64,000 nt of DNA from Eledone cirrhosa (taxonomy: Eukaryota). Location of the stretch: contig OZ024740.1 in the NCBI GenBank assembly GCA_964016885.1, positions 11,222,001-11,286,000 of the forward strand, read 5' to 3'. The notes under the pieces were generated by a model. The model saw only the letters and a program-made list of their open reading frames with translations. It did no database searches and had not been told where the DNA came from. Shown here one piece after another: positions 30,566 to 43,469 of this stretch. The position numbers and the translations under genes are program-made. Position 1 is the first letter of the stretch, and each line of letters starts with the position of its first letter.

Positions 30566-30679
30566 TAGTGGGAGAGAGACTGTATGTGAGAGGGAGAGAG
30601 TGGGAGAGAGTCTGTATTTGAGAGAGAGAGTGAGAGAGAGAGTAGGAGAGAGTGGGAGACAGACTGTATTTGAGAGAGA

Positions 30680-30747
<68 letters not shown>

Positions 30748-30772
30748 ATGTGAGAGGGAGACTATGTGAGAA
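29290..30772. repeat. GA-rich minisatellite (TGGGAGAGAGACTGTATKTGAGAG(AG)n)
   Basis: Recurring GACTGTATTTGAG/GACTGTATGTGAG core with variable (AG)n. Confidence 0.95.
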
Positions 30773-30826
30773 AGATATATCTTTCTAACAGATAGATAGA
30801 TGATTATGTATGTAGGTACATACTAA

Positions 30827-33800
30827 CATACATTCTACATATTAGACACATACACACATTCTACATACTTAGACACATACATACATACATTCTACATATT
30901 AGACACATACACACATTCTACATACTTAGACACATACATACATACATTCTACATACTTAGACACACACATAAATTCTACATACTTAGACACATACATACA
31001 TACATTCTACATACTTAGACACACACATACATTCTACATACTTAGACACATACATACATACATTCTACATACTTAGACACACACATACATACATTCTACA
31101 TACTTAGACACACACATACATACATTCTACATACTTAGAAACATACATACATACATTCTACATACTTAGACACACACACACATACATTCTACATACTTAG
31201 ACACACACATACATACATTCTACATACTTAGACACACACATACATACATTCTACATACTTAGACACACGCATACATACATTCTACATACTTAGACACATA
31301 CATACATTCTACATACTTAGACACACACGTACATACATTCTACATACTTAGACACACACATACATACATTCTACATACTTAGACACATACATACATTCTA
31401 CATACTAAGACACATACATACATACATTCTACATACTTAGAGACACACATACATACATTCTACATACTTAGACACACACATACATACATTCTACATACTT
31501 AGACACACACATACATACATTCTACATACTTAGAAACATACATACATACATTCTACATACTTAGACACACACACACATACATTCTACATACTTAGACACA
31601 CACATACATACATTCTACATACTTAGACACACACATACATACATTCTACATACTTAGACACACGCATACATACATTCTACATACTTAGACACATACATAC
31701 ATTCTACATACTTAGACACACACGTACATACATTCTACATACTTAGACACACACATACATACATTCTACATACTTAGACACATACATACATTCTACATAC
31801 TAAGACACATACATACATACATTCTACATACTTAGAGACACACATACATACATTCTACATACTTAGACACACACATACATACATTCTACATACATAGACA
31901 CATACATACATACTACATACTTAGACACATACATACATACATACATACAACATACTTAGACACATACATACATACATTCTAGATACTTAGACACATACAT
32001 TCATTCTACATACTTAGACACATACATACATACATTCTACATACTTAGACACATACACACATACATACATTCTACATACTTAGACACATACATACATACA
32101 TTATACATACTTAGACACACACATACATACATTCTACATACTTAGACACATACACACATACATTCTACATACTTAGACACATACATACATACATACATAC
32201 ATACATTCTACATACTTAGACACAGACATACATACATACATTCTACATACTTAGACACATACATACATACTACATACTTAGACACATACATACAAACTAC
32301 ATACTTAGACACACACATACATACATACATTCTACATACTTAGACACAGACATACATACATACATTCTACATACTTAGACACATACATATATACATTCTA
32401 GATACTTAGACACATACATACATACATACATTCTACATACTTAGACACATACACACATACATTCTACATACTTAGACACATACATACATACATTCTACAT
32501 ACTTACATACATACATACATTCTACATACATAGACACATACATACATACATTCTAGATACTTAGACACATACATACATAGATTCTACATACTTAGACACA
32601 CACATACATACATTCTACATACTTAGACACATACATACATACATTCTGCATACTTAGACACATACACACATACATACATTCTACATACTTAGACATATAC
32701 ATACATACATTCTACATACTTAGACACATACATACATACATTCTACATACTTAAACACATACACACATGCATACATTCTAGATACTTAGACACATACATA
32801 CATTCTACATACTTAGACATATACATACATAGATTCTACATACTTAGACACATACATACATACATTCTAGATACTTAGACACATACATACTTAGACACAT
32901 ACATACATACATTCTACATACTTAGACACATACATACATACATACATACATTCTACATACTTAGACACATTCATACATACATTCTACATACTTAGGCACA
33001 TACATACATACATTCTACATACTTAGACACATACATACATACATTCTACATACTTAGACACATACATACATACATTCTACATACTTAGACACATACATAC
33101 ATACATACATTCTACATACTTAGACACATTCATACATACATTCTAGATACTTAGACACATACATACATACATTCTAGATACTTAGACACATACATACATA
33201 CATTCTAGATACTTAGACACAAAACATACATACATACATTCTACATACTTAGATACATACATACATACATTCTAGATACGTAGACACATACACACATACA
33301 TTCTACATACTTAGACACATACATACAAACATTCTACATACTTAGACACACACATACATACATTCTAGATATTAGACACATACATACATACATTCTACAT
33401 ACTTAGACACATACATACATACATTCTACATACTTAGACACATACATACATACATTCTACATACTTAGACACATACATACATACATTCTACATACTTAGA
33501 CACATTCATACATACATTCTAGATACTTAGACACATACATACATACATTCTAGATACTTAGTCACATACATACATACATTCTAGATACTTAGACACATAC
33601 ATACATACATACATTCTACATACTTAGACAAATACATACATACATACATTCTAGATACTTAGACACACACATACATACATACATTCTAGATACTTAGACA
33701 CATACGTACATACATTCTACATACTTAGACACATACATACATAGATTCTATATACTTAGACACATACATACATACATTCTATATACTTAGACACATACAT

Positions 33801-36800
33801 ACATACATTATACATACTTAGACACATACATACATACATTCTACATACTTAGACACACACATACATACATACATTCTACATACTTAGACACATACATACA
33901 TAGATTCTACATACTTAGACACATAGATACATACATTCTAGAAACTTAGACACATACATACATACATTCTACATACTTAGACACATACATACATACATTC
34001 TACATACTTAGACACATACATACATACATACATACATACATACATACATACATACATACATACATACATACATACATTCTAGATAATTAGACACATACAT
34101 ATATACATTCTAGATACTTAGACACATACATACATACATTCTACATACTTAGACACATTCATACATACATACATTCTACATACTTAGACACATACATACA
34201 TACATACATTGTAGATACTTAGACACATACATACATACATTCTAGATACTTAGACACATACATACATACATTCTACATACTTAGACACATACATACATAT
34301 ATTCTACATACTTAGACACATACATACATACATTCTACATACTTAGACACATACATACATACATACATTGTAGATACTTAGACACATACATACATACATT
34401 CTACATACTTAGACACATACATACATACATACATTCTACATATTTGACACATACATACATACATACATTCTACATACTTAGACACATTCATACATACATT
34501 CTAGATACTTAGACACATACATACATACATTCTACATACTTAGACACATACATACATACATACATACATACATACATACATACATACATACATACATACA
34601 TACATACATACATACATACATACATACATACATTCTAGATACTTAGACACACACATACATACATTCTAGATACTTAGACACATACATACATACATTCTAC
34701 ATACTTAGACACATACATACATAGATTCTATATACTTAGACACATACATACATACATTCTAGATACTTAGACACATACATACATTCTACATACTGAGACA
34801 CATACATACATACATTCTACATACTTAGACACATACATACATACATACATTCTACATACTTAAACACATACATACATACATTTTAGATACTTAGACACAT
34901 ACATACATACATACATTCTACATACTTAGACACATACATACATACATACATTCTACATAATTAGACACATACATACATACATTCTGCATACTTAGACACA
35001 TACACACATACATACATTCTACATACTTAGACATATACATACATACATTCTACATACTTAGACACATACATACATACATTCTACATACTTAAACACATAC
35101 ACACATGCATACATTCTAGATACTTAGACGCATACATACATTCTACATACTTAGACATATACATACATAGATTCTACATACTTAGACACATACATACATA
35201 CATTCTAGATACTTAGACACATACATACTTAGACACATACATACATACATTCTACATACTTAGACACATACATACATACATACATACATTCTACATACTT
35301 AGACACATTCATACATACATACATTCTACATAATTAGACACATACATACATACATTCTGCATACTTAGACACATACACACATACATACATTCTACATACT
35401 TAGACACATACATACATACATACATTCTACATAATTAGACATATACATACATACATACATACATACATACATACATACATACATACATACATACATACAT
35501 ACATACATACATACATACATACATACATTCATACTAGATACTTAGACACATACATACATACATTCTAGATACTTAGTCACATACATACATACATTCTAGA
35601 TACTTAGACACATACATACATACATTCTACATACTTAGACACATACATACATACATTCTACATACTTAGTCACATACATACATACATACATTCTAGATAA
35701 GTAGACACATACATATATACATTCTAGATACTTAGACACATACATACATACATTCTACATACTTAGACACATTCATACATACATACATTCTCCATACTTA
35801 GACACATACATACATACATACATTCTAGATACTTAGACACATACATACATACATTCTAGATACTTAGACACATACATACATTCTACATACTTAGACACAT
35901 ATATACATACATTCTACATACTTAGACTCATACATACATACATACATTGTACATACTTAGACACATACACACATACATACATTCTACATACTTAGACACA
36001 TAAATACATACATTCTGCATACTTAGACACATACACACATACATACATTCTACATACTTAGACATATACATACATACATTCTACATACTTAGACACATAC
36101 ATACATACATTCTACATACTTAAACACATACACACATACATACATTCTAGATACTTAGACACATACATACATTCTACATACTTAGACATATACATACATA
36201 GATTCTACATACTTAGACACATACATACATACATTCTAGATACTTAGACACATACATACATACATTCTACATACTTAGACACATACATACATACATTCTA
36301 CATACTTAGACACATACATACATACATACATACATTCTACATACTTAGACACATTCATACATACATTCTACATACTTAGGCACATACATACATACATTCT
36401 ACATACTTAGACACATACATACATACATTCTACATACTTAGACACATACATACATACATTCTACATACTTAGACACATACATACATACATACATTCTACA
36501 TACTTAGACACATTCATACATACATTCTAGATACTTAGACACATACATACATACATTCTAGATACTTAGACACATACACACATACATACATTCTAGATAC
36601 TTAGACACAAAACATACATACATTCTACATACTTAGATACATACATACATACATTCTAGATACTTAGACACATACACACATACATTCTAGATACTTAGAC
36701 ACATACATACATACATTCTAGATACTTAGACACATACATACATACATTCTACATACTTAGACACATACATACATACATTCTACATACTTAGACACATACA

Positions 36801-38867
36801 TACATACATACATTCTACATACTTAGACACATTCATACATACATTCTAGATACTTAGACACATACATACATACATTCTAGATACTTAGACACATACACAC
36901 ATACATACATTCTAGATACTTAGACACAAAACATACATACATACATTCTACATACTTAGATACATACATACATACATTCTAGATACTTAGACACATACAT
37001 ACATACATTCTAGATACTTAGACACATACATACATACATTCTACATACTTAGACACATACATACATAGATTCTACATACTTAGACACATACATACATACA
37101 TTCTAGATACTTAGACACATACATACATACGTTCTACATACTTAGACACATACATACATTCTACATACTTAGACACATACATACATACATACATTCTAGA
37201 TACTTAGACACATACATACATACATTCTAGATACTTAGACACATACATACATACATTCTACATACTTAGACACATACATACATACATACATTCTACATAC
37301 TTAGACACATACATACATACATACATTCTAGATACTTAGACACATACATACATACATTCTAGATACTTAGACACATACATACATACATTCTAGATACTTA
37401 GACACATACATACATTCATACATTCTACATACTTAGACACATACATACATACATTCTAGATACTTAGACACATACATACATACATTCTACATACTTAGAC
37501 ACATACATACATACATACATTCTAGATACTTAGACACATACATACATACATTCTACATACTTAGACACATTCATACATACATTCTAGATACTTAGACACA
37601 TACATTCATACATTCTAGATACTTAGACACATACATACATAGATTCTACATACTTAGACACATACATACATTCTAGATACTTAGACACATACATACATAC
37701 CTTCTACATACTTAGACACATACATACATACATTCTACATACTTAGACACATACATACATACATACATTCTACATACTTAGACACATTCATACATACATT
37801 CTAGATACTTAGACACATACATACATACATTCTAGATACTTAGACACATACATACATACATACATTCTAGATACTTAGACACATTCATACATACATTCTA
37901 CATACTTAGACACGTACATACATACATTCTAGATACTTAGACACATTCATACATACATTCTAGATACTTAGACACATTCATACATACATTCTACATACTT
38001 AGACACATACATACATACATTCTACATACTTAGACACATACATACATACATTCTACATACTTAGACACATACATACATACATACATACATTCTAGATACT
38101 TAGACACATTCATACATACATTCTACATACTTAGACACATTCATACATATATACATTCTAGATACTTAGACACATTCATACATACATTCTACATACTTAG
38201 ACACATACATACATACATTCTACATACTTAGACACATACATACATACATTCTACATACTTAGACACATACATACATACATACATACATTCTAGATACTTA
38301 GACACATTCATACATACATTCTACATACTTAGACACATACATACATACATACATACATTCTAGATACTTAGACACATACATACATACATACATACATACA
38401 TTCTAGATACTTAGACACATACATACATACATACATTCTAGATACTTAGACACATACATACATACATACATACATACATTCTAGATACTTAGACACATAC
38501 ATACATACTACATACTTAGACACATACATACATACATTCTACATACTTAGACACATACATACATACTACATACTTAGACACATACATACATACATACATA
38601 CTACATACTTAGACACATACATACATACATACATACATTCTAGATACTTAGACACATACATACATACATACATACTACATACTTAGACACATACATACAT
38701 ACATACATACATACATTCTAGATACTTAGACACATACATACATACTACATACTTAGACACATACATACATACATTCTACATACTTAGACACATACATACA
38801 TACTACATACTTAGACACATACATACATACATACATACTACATACTTAGACACATACATACATACAT
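30827..38867. repeat. About 8-kb minisatellite, modal 31-bp unit CATTCTA(C/G)ATACTTAGACA(CATA)n
   Basis: Fixed core TTCTASATACTTAGACA plus variable (CATA)n; internal higher-order duplications. Confidence 0.97.
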
Positions 38868-39106
38868 AAAGAGATATACTCAGAGAGAGGAAAGAAAATG
38901 AATGAAAAAGAGTGAGAAAGAAGGTGGTAATATGAGAGAGGACGAATTGTGAAAAGGGTAAAGAGGAGAGTGGGAGGGTGAGAAATACATGTATAGGTGA
39001 TATATATATATATATATACATATATATCTATATATATATATATATATGTGTTGATTTAAAACTTCACTCCTCACAAGTGTTTTTTAAGCTTCATATCATG
39101 TTTCCC

Positions 39107-39177
39107 TATTTTATCTGATGATAACGCAAATATCATCCCATGATGATATTTGTTTTTGAAATGCGCATAATAAAATA
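39107..39177 (+). ncRNA. Type-I hammerhead ribozyme in a TA-flanked island (about 39048-39209)
   Basis: TATTTTAT-CTGATGA-taacgCAAATATCATC(ccat)GATGATATTTGttttt-GAAA-TGCGCA-TA-ATAAAATA. 8-bp stem I, 11-bp stem II core, palindromic stem III. Confidence 0.85.
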
Positions 39178-39230
39178 CTTGGAACTCTTTTAACCATCTT
39201 TTGATCTTATATTATATATACATATATATA

Positions 39231-39420
39231 TAGGAAATGGTAAGATCCCGACAGCAGAGCTCAAGCTGTTTCGACGGCTATGTCCAGAAATAGCCGTCGA
39301 AACGGCTTGAGCTCTGCCGTTGGGGTCTTAGCTTTTCCTATTTACTACTCTACTACCCTAAGTATTTAGTATTCTGGTGCGTTATGGTCCATCTGGTTCC
39401 TTACCACAATTCCTTTGTTA
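39231..39420. mobile_element. Foldback mini-element derived from the pLTR family of the 4210-10025 PLE (diverged)
   Basis: Inverted short arm 39231-39281 plus forward arm 39282-39420 homologous to 6849-6987; TA flanks. Confidence 0.82.
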
Positions 39421-39462
39421 CATATATATATATATATCCAGGGGGTGTAACTCTCTCTCTAC

Positions 39463-39493
<31 letters not shown>

Positions 39494-39684
39494 ATTAGTA
39501 TATCTACCAACATATGTATACAGATGTATACCCATGCTAGCAAATATATATGTTATGTCTCATTACGTAACTATATTTATTCCCTTACAGAAACTAATTA
39601 GTTGGAGTGAAAATTTTAGTAAGTTAATTTTTAATTTTTAAAATTTTCTTATTTTACGTCTTTCATATATATATATGTGTGTAG

Positions 39685-39763
<79 letters not shown>

Positions 39764-40035
39764 AATAGACAGATAGATATACAAATAGATAGATAGATAG
39801 ATAAATTTCTATTTATTTGCCACGAGGGCACAAAAGAAGGGGACATTTACACAGTGGGGGAGTTTACATAAATCGAGTAAAGAAAAAAGGAATAACAATA
39901 ATAATATAACAATAAAAAGTCCTCAAAAGGGAGGGGGCGTGTTGGGGATTGCACACACCCCCGAAAAGTGTGCAACTCTTTTCGCGGGGGAAGCCCAGAG
40001 AGGAGGCGCTCCCCCTTTCCTCTTCACTTCTTCAC

Positions 40036-43000
40036 CTACAGAACAATGTAGAGAGAAGGCCCATTTACACGGGCCATTCTCGCTTCTTTCACCCACCTTT
40101 CATAAAACTGTCTGGGACCAAGCACTTCTCTCTCCATCCTGATTCTTCTTCCGAAGTGGTATCGGAAGAAGTAAACCAGGTGATGGCCGGAGAGAAAGTC
40201 ACCCGACCTCAGACCTTTCAGGCGCGTCCACCACACAACCTCTTTCATCATGGCTATTACGCACAGAAAGACCGCCTCTGCTTCATTTCTGAAGGGAGGA
40301 GGCGGCTTGATGTTCACCACAGACTCGGCGGTTAATCGAATCGGCGCCACACGCGACAGCAGTCGTTCGACGTAGCCCCACAGATCGGCAACGCCCGGGC
40401 AGTGTACCAGTGCATGCGCAACGGTTTCCTCGTCGCGCACGCATCTGGGACAGATCTTTTTCGCGGGATCCCTGCCCGGGCGCCCGTGTCTGTAGAGCTT
40501 TTCTCGAACGGGCAGAGCCCCCCGGTAACACTGCCAGGCTAGGGACCTCTGGAAGTTGTCCATGGGTCCCGGGCCGAAAGTTCTACCGAACAGGCTGGCC
40601 AGTTCGTCCTCCTCCATGCCTAGCGACTCTCCAAGGGTGTCGTCGCCCCTGCTAGCCACCAACCCTCTATAGAATGTCGAGGTGGATTCTCCACTGACAG
40701 TCGGGTCCGCTTGCCAGATAGCCGTGAGCGCCTGGGCACACTCAGTGTGCCAGTTGCCCAGTTTTCTCGGTCTTTGCTTCACCCAGGATTGCAGTTCGGT
40801 GAGCGAGACGAGCTGTGGGAAGGCTCGCCTCACAAACGGGGCCCACACCGGCTGACCGTTGAGGAATACCTGTAGATGCCGTAGCCTCAATGCGTGCCTA
40901 CGCATCAACAGCCACGGCATACCCAGCCCTCCTTTCGAAGGGTGCTGGCAGCAGATGGATCTCCTCACCATGGGAGGCCGCTTCTTCCAGAGGAACTGGA
41001 AGAGCATGCGTTCCATGATGGTGAGCTTTTCCTTGGGGCAAGGCACGACGGTCAGGCGGTAGTAGATGACGGACGCTATGTAAGCGTTCGTCACCTCCGC
41101 CCGACCTTTCAGTGATAGTTTGCACTTGGCCCACTTCTGGGTCAGCGCAAACACCCTGCTCGTCACCTCGCCCCAATTCTTCTCCACCTGGAGGTCCGGT
41201 CCGAACCAGACCCCGAGCAGCTTCACCGGGCCCTCCGTCCACCGCCCGACGACACCGTCTAACGGCATCGGTTTGCCCCTCCACGTTCCGAGTTGCAAAC
41301 CGACTGACTTGTCCTGGTTCAGCTTAGCCCCCGTCAGCCTTTCGTATTCCTCCAGTAGGGTGGCGATCGCCCCGATTTCCGAGGCGTCCGCCACCATTAC
41401 TGTTACGTCGTCGGCATAGGCCGAGACTGCTTTGTGCAATCCCGGTTCCAGGGGTATGCCCCGCAGCAACTCCAACTTCCGCAGCAGTGGCTCGAGAGTC
41501 AATACGTACAGAAGGGAGGAGAGGGGGCACCCCTGTCTGATGGATCGGGTGATTTGAAACGGCTCCGAGAGGTAGCCGTTTACTTTAATCCTAGAGTAGA
41601 TGTTGCCACTGTGCATGGCAGAAATCCAGCCCCTGAAAACGGGTCCGAAGCCCGCCGCCGCTAGCACCGCATCCAGGTAACCATGGTCGACCCTATCGAA
41701 CGCCTTAGATTGATCCAAGTTGATCAGGGCCCCACCAAAGCCGGGTTCGTAGCCAACCCTCTCTATGATGTATCGCATGAGGTGGAGGTTGTCGTGAATG
41801 GACCTGGACGGGATAGCGCATGTCTGCGCGTCTCCCACCAAACCACCCACCACAAGCGCCAACCTCTTCGCCAACACCTTGGCCAAAATCTGTAACTCTG
41901 CATTCAGCAGAGTTATGGGCCTAAAGTTACTTAAGTCGTCCCCCTTGCTCTCGTCCTTCCTCACTAGCGTGACCACGCCCTTGGTCACAGAACAGGGAAT
42001 TCTCCCGTTCTGTTGCCAGTTGCAATAGACAGCCTCGAGGAGTTCGGAGAACAAGACCGGCATAGCTAAATAAAGTTCGTATGGTAGACCATCGAGACCC
42101 GGGGATTTGCGTCTGCTGCATTGGCTGAGCGCTTCCCCGATTTCAGTGGCTGTGATTGGCCCTTCGCAGCACTCCGCTTCGCCGCTCGAAAGACGCGGTA
42201 GACCGTCGAGGTATGGACCGAAGTCCACATCCCCGTCCGGCCCCCCGCCACCTCCGAACAGTCGAGCAAAGTGCCTTTGAAAGGTCTCGCACATTCGCTC
42301 AGGTTCAAGGATCACCCGTCCATCCTGGTCTCGCAAAGACCGAATGGTGGATTTAATCCCACTCTTGGCTTCTGTCACGCGGGCCCAGCTAACAGCTTTG
42401 GTCCCCTCGTTTCCTAAAGCACGTATTTTACTTCGGACAACGCAGCCTTCGTGCTTCGCGTCAAAGAACTGGCTCAATGCCGTTCTCGTCGCTAACACTC
42501 TGGCTACGTCTCCGCTCCTAATCGCCTCTTCTAGTTTATCTGTTAACTCCCTTTCCCTCCTATTTCTATTCGCCGCTAGTTCCTTACTGTAACCTATCGA
42601 ACTTACTCTAATCTCTCTCTTTAGAGATATCCACCACCTACTGTTGACGATCGCTCCCGTCAACCGCATCTTAACTAAGCTACTAATCCGGTTTCTGTAA
42701 TCTTTCTTTGTCGGTAAGGACAAGTTCATCTTCCAGTAACCGGGACCCTGTCTATGCGTTCTATCAAGGTTGACCACGCAGGTCACTAATTTGTGATCTG
42801 AATAGCCAACCATGATCAGTTCTGGACAACTAAATACGTCCCTATCCTTACTCCTAACCAAAAACCTATCTAGGTACGATCTAGATTGTCCACTGCGGTT
42901 TGCCCAGGTCCAGGTTGGCGCAGTTGGACAATCTAGTCGAAATCTATCGACCAGGTCGAATCGATCGAGTAACCCCTTGAGGCTGCTACACCCCCCTCTA

Positions 43001-43464
43001 TCGGGACATGCCCCTGCATAGTCCCAACGCGCATCTAGGATTCCATTCCAGTCCCCCACTAAAAGCAGGGAACGCGACGTTCCTAGAAAAGTCTCCAGAC
43101 GTTGGAAGAAGTCGGCTCTCTCCGCCCCGAAGGGAGCATAAAGACCGACCAGTCTGAAAGCCCCGCCTTCACCACCTCCGACGTCCAGCACCATTAATCG
43201 ACCCCCCGGGTCCGAGTGAACAATCTGTACGTCGAGAGTTAGACGTTTATCCAGCAGTACGGCAACTCCCCCCCCGCCTCCGGGTTGACAGAGAGATGCG
43301 TGCATCTCAAAGTCATCGAAGGCGGGCGCCAGCTGTCTCACGCTGCTGATCCGACTCTCGCAAACAACCATCACATCTATACTTTGTGACCTGAGGTCAC
43401 TTAGAAGCTTTGCTTGCTTCCAAGCTGAGCTCAGGCCACGCGCGTTCAAACAGCCAACTCTCAA
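40036..43464 (-). CDS. ORF2: APE endonuclease + RT + C-terminal zinc finger (uninterrupted, no ATG at the N-terminus)
   Basis: GCLNARGL, VGDWN, SYLDRF, SDHK; KSPGLDGLP, NFRPITLLN, DQSKAFDRVDH, IRQGCPLS, AYADD; CPRC..ETVAHALVHC. Confidence 0.9.
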   Translation of the reverse strand: MRVGCLNARGLSSAWKQAKLLSDLRSQSIDVMVVCESRISSVRQLAPAFDDFEMHASLCQPGGGGGVAVLLDKRLTLDVQIVHSDPGGRLMVLDVGGGEGGAFRLVGLYAPFGAERADFFQRLETFLGTSRSLLLVGDWNGILDARWDYAGACPDRGGCSSLKGLLDRFDLVDRFRLDCPTAPTWTWANRSGQSRSYLDRFLVRSKDRDVFSCPELIMVGYSDHKLVTCVVNLDRTHRQGPGYWKMNLSLPTKKDYRNRISSLVKMRLTGAIVNSRWWISLKREIRVSSIGYSKELAANRNRRERELTDKLEEAIRSGDVARVLATRTALSQFFDAKHEGCVVRSKIRALGNEGTKAVSWARVTEAKSGIKSTIRSLRDQDGRVILEPERMCETFQRHFARLFGGGGGPDGDVDFGPYLDGLPRLSSGEAECCEGPITATEIGEALSQCSRRKSPGLDGLPYELYLAMPVLFSELLEAVYCNWQQNGRIPCSVTKGVVTLVRKDESKGDDLSNFRPITLLNAELQILAKVLAKRLALVVGGLVGDAQTCAIPSRSIHDNLHLMRYIIERVGYEPGFGGALINLDQSKAFDRVDHGYLDAVLAAAGFGPVFRGWISAMHSGNIYSRIKVNGYLSEPFQITRSIRQGCPLSSLLYVLTLEPLLRKLELLRGIPLEPGLHKAVSAYADDVTVMVADASEIGAIATLLEEYERLTGAKLNQDKSVGLQLGTWRGKPMPLDGVVGRWTEGPVKLLGVWFGPDLQVEKNWGEVTSRVFALTQKWAKCKLSLKGRAEVTNAYIASVIYYRLTVVPCPKEKLTIMERMLFQFLWKKRPPMVRRSICCQHPSKGGLGMPWLLMRRHALRLRHLQVFLNGQPVWAPFVRRAFPQLVSLTELQSWVKQRPRKLGNWHTECAQALTAIWQADPTVSGESTSTFYRGLVASRGDDTLGESLGMEEDELASLFGRTFGPGPMDNFQRSLAWQCYRGALPVREKLYRHGRPGRDPAKKICPRCVRDEETVAHALVHCPGVADLWGYVERLLSRVAPIRLTAESVVNIKPPPPFRNEAEAVFLCVIAMMKEVVWWTRLKGLRSGDFLSGHHLVYFFRYHFGRRIRMEREVLGPRQFYERWVKEARMARVNGPSLYIVL

Positions 43465-43469
43465 TTTAT

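Noticed and set aside
28262-30788. Gly-rich, Pro-rich and SL/ER-repeat ORFs
   Set aside because: Products of (GGT)n and (GA)n repeats; no unique domain or splice support.
39247-39325. Apparent stem III covariation (ACAGC/GCTGT versus ACGGC/GCCGT)
   Set aside because: All changes are CpG-type transitions and may be post-insertion decay; not counted as independent evidence.
39545-39612. GAAA-CTAATTAG-TT after a hairpin (also GAAA-CACGTG-TA near 53177)
   Set aside because: Only 3' halves; no CUGAnGA or UUGAnAA core found upstream, so not called as ribozymes.
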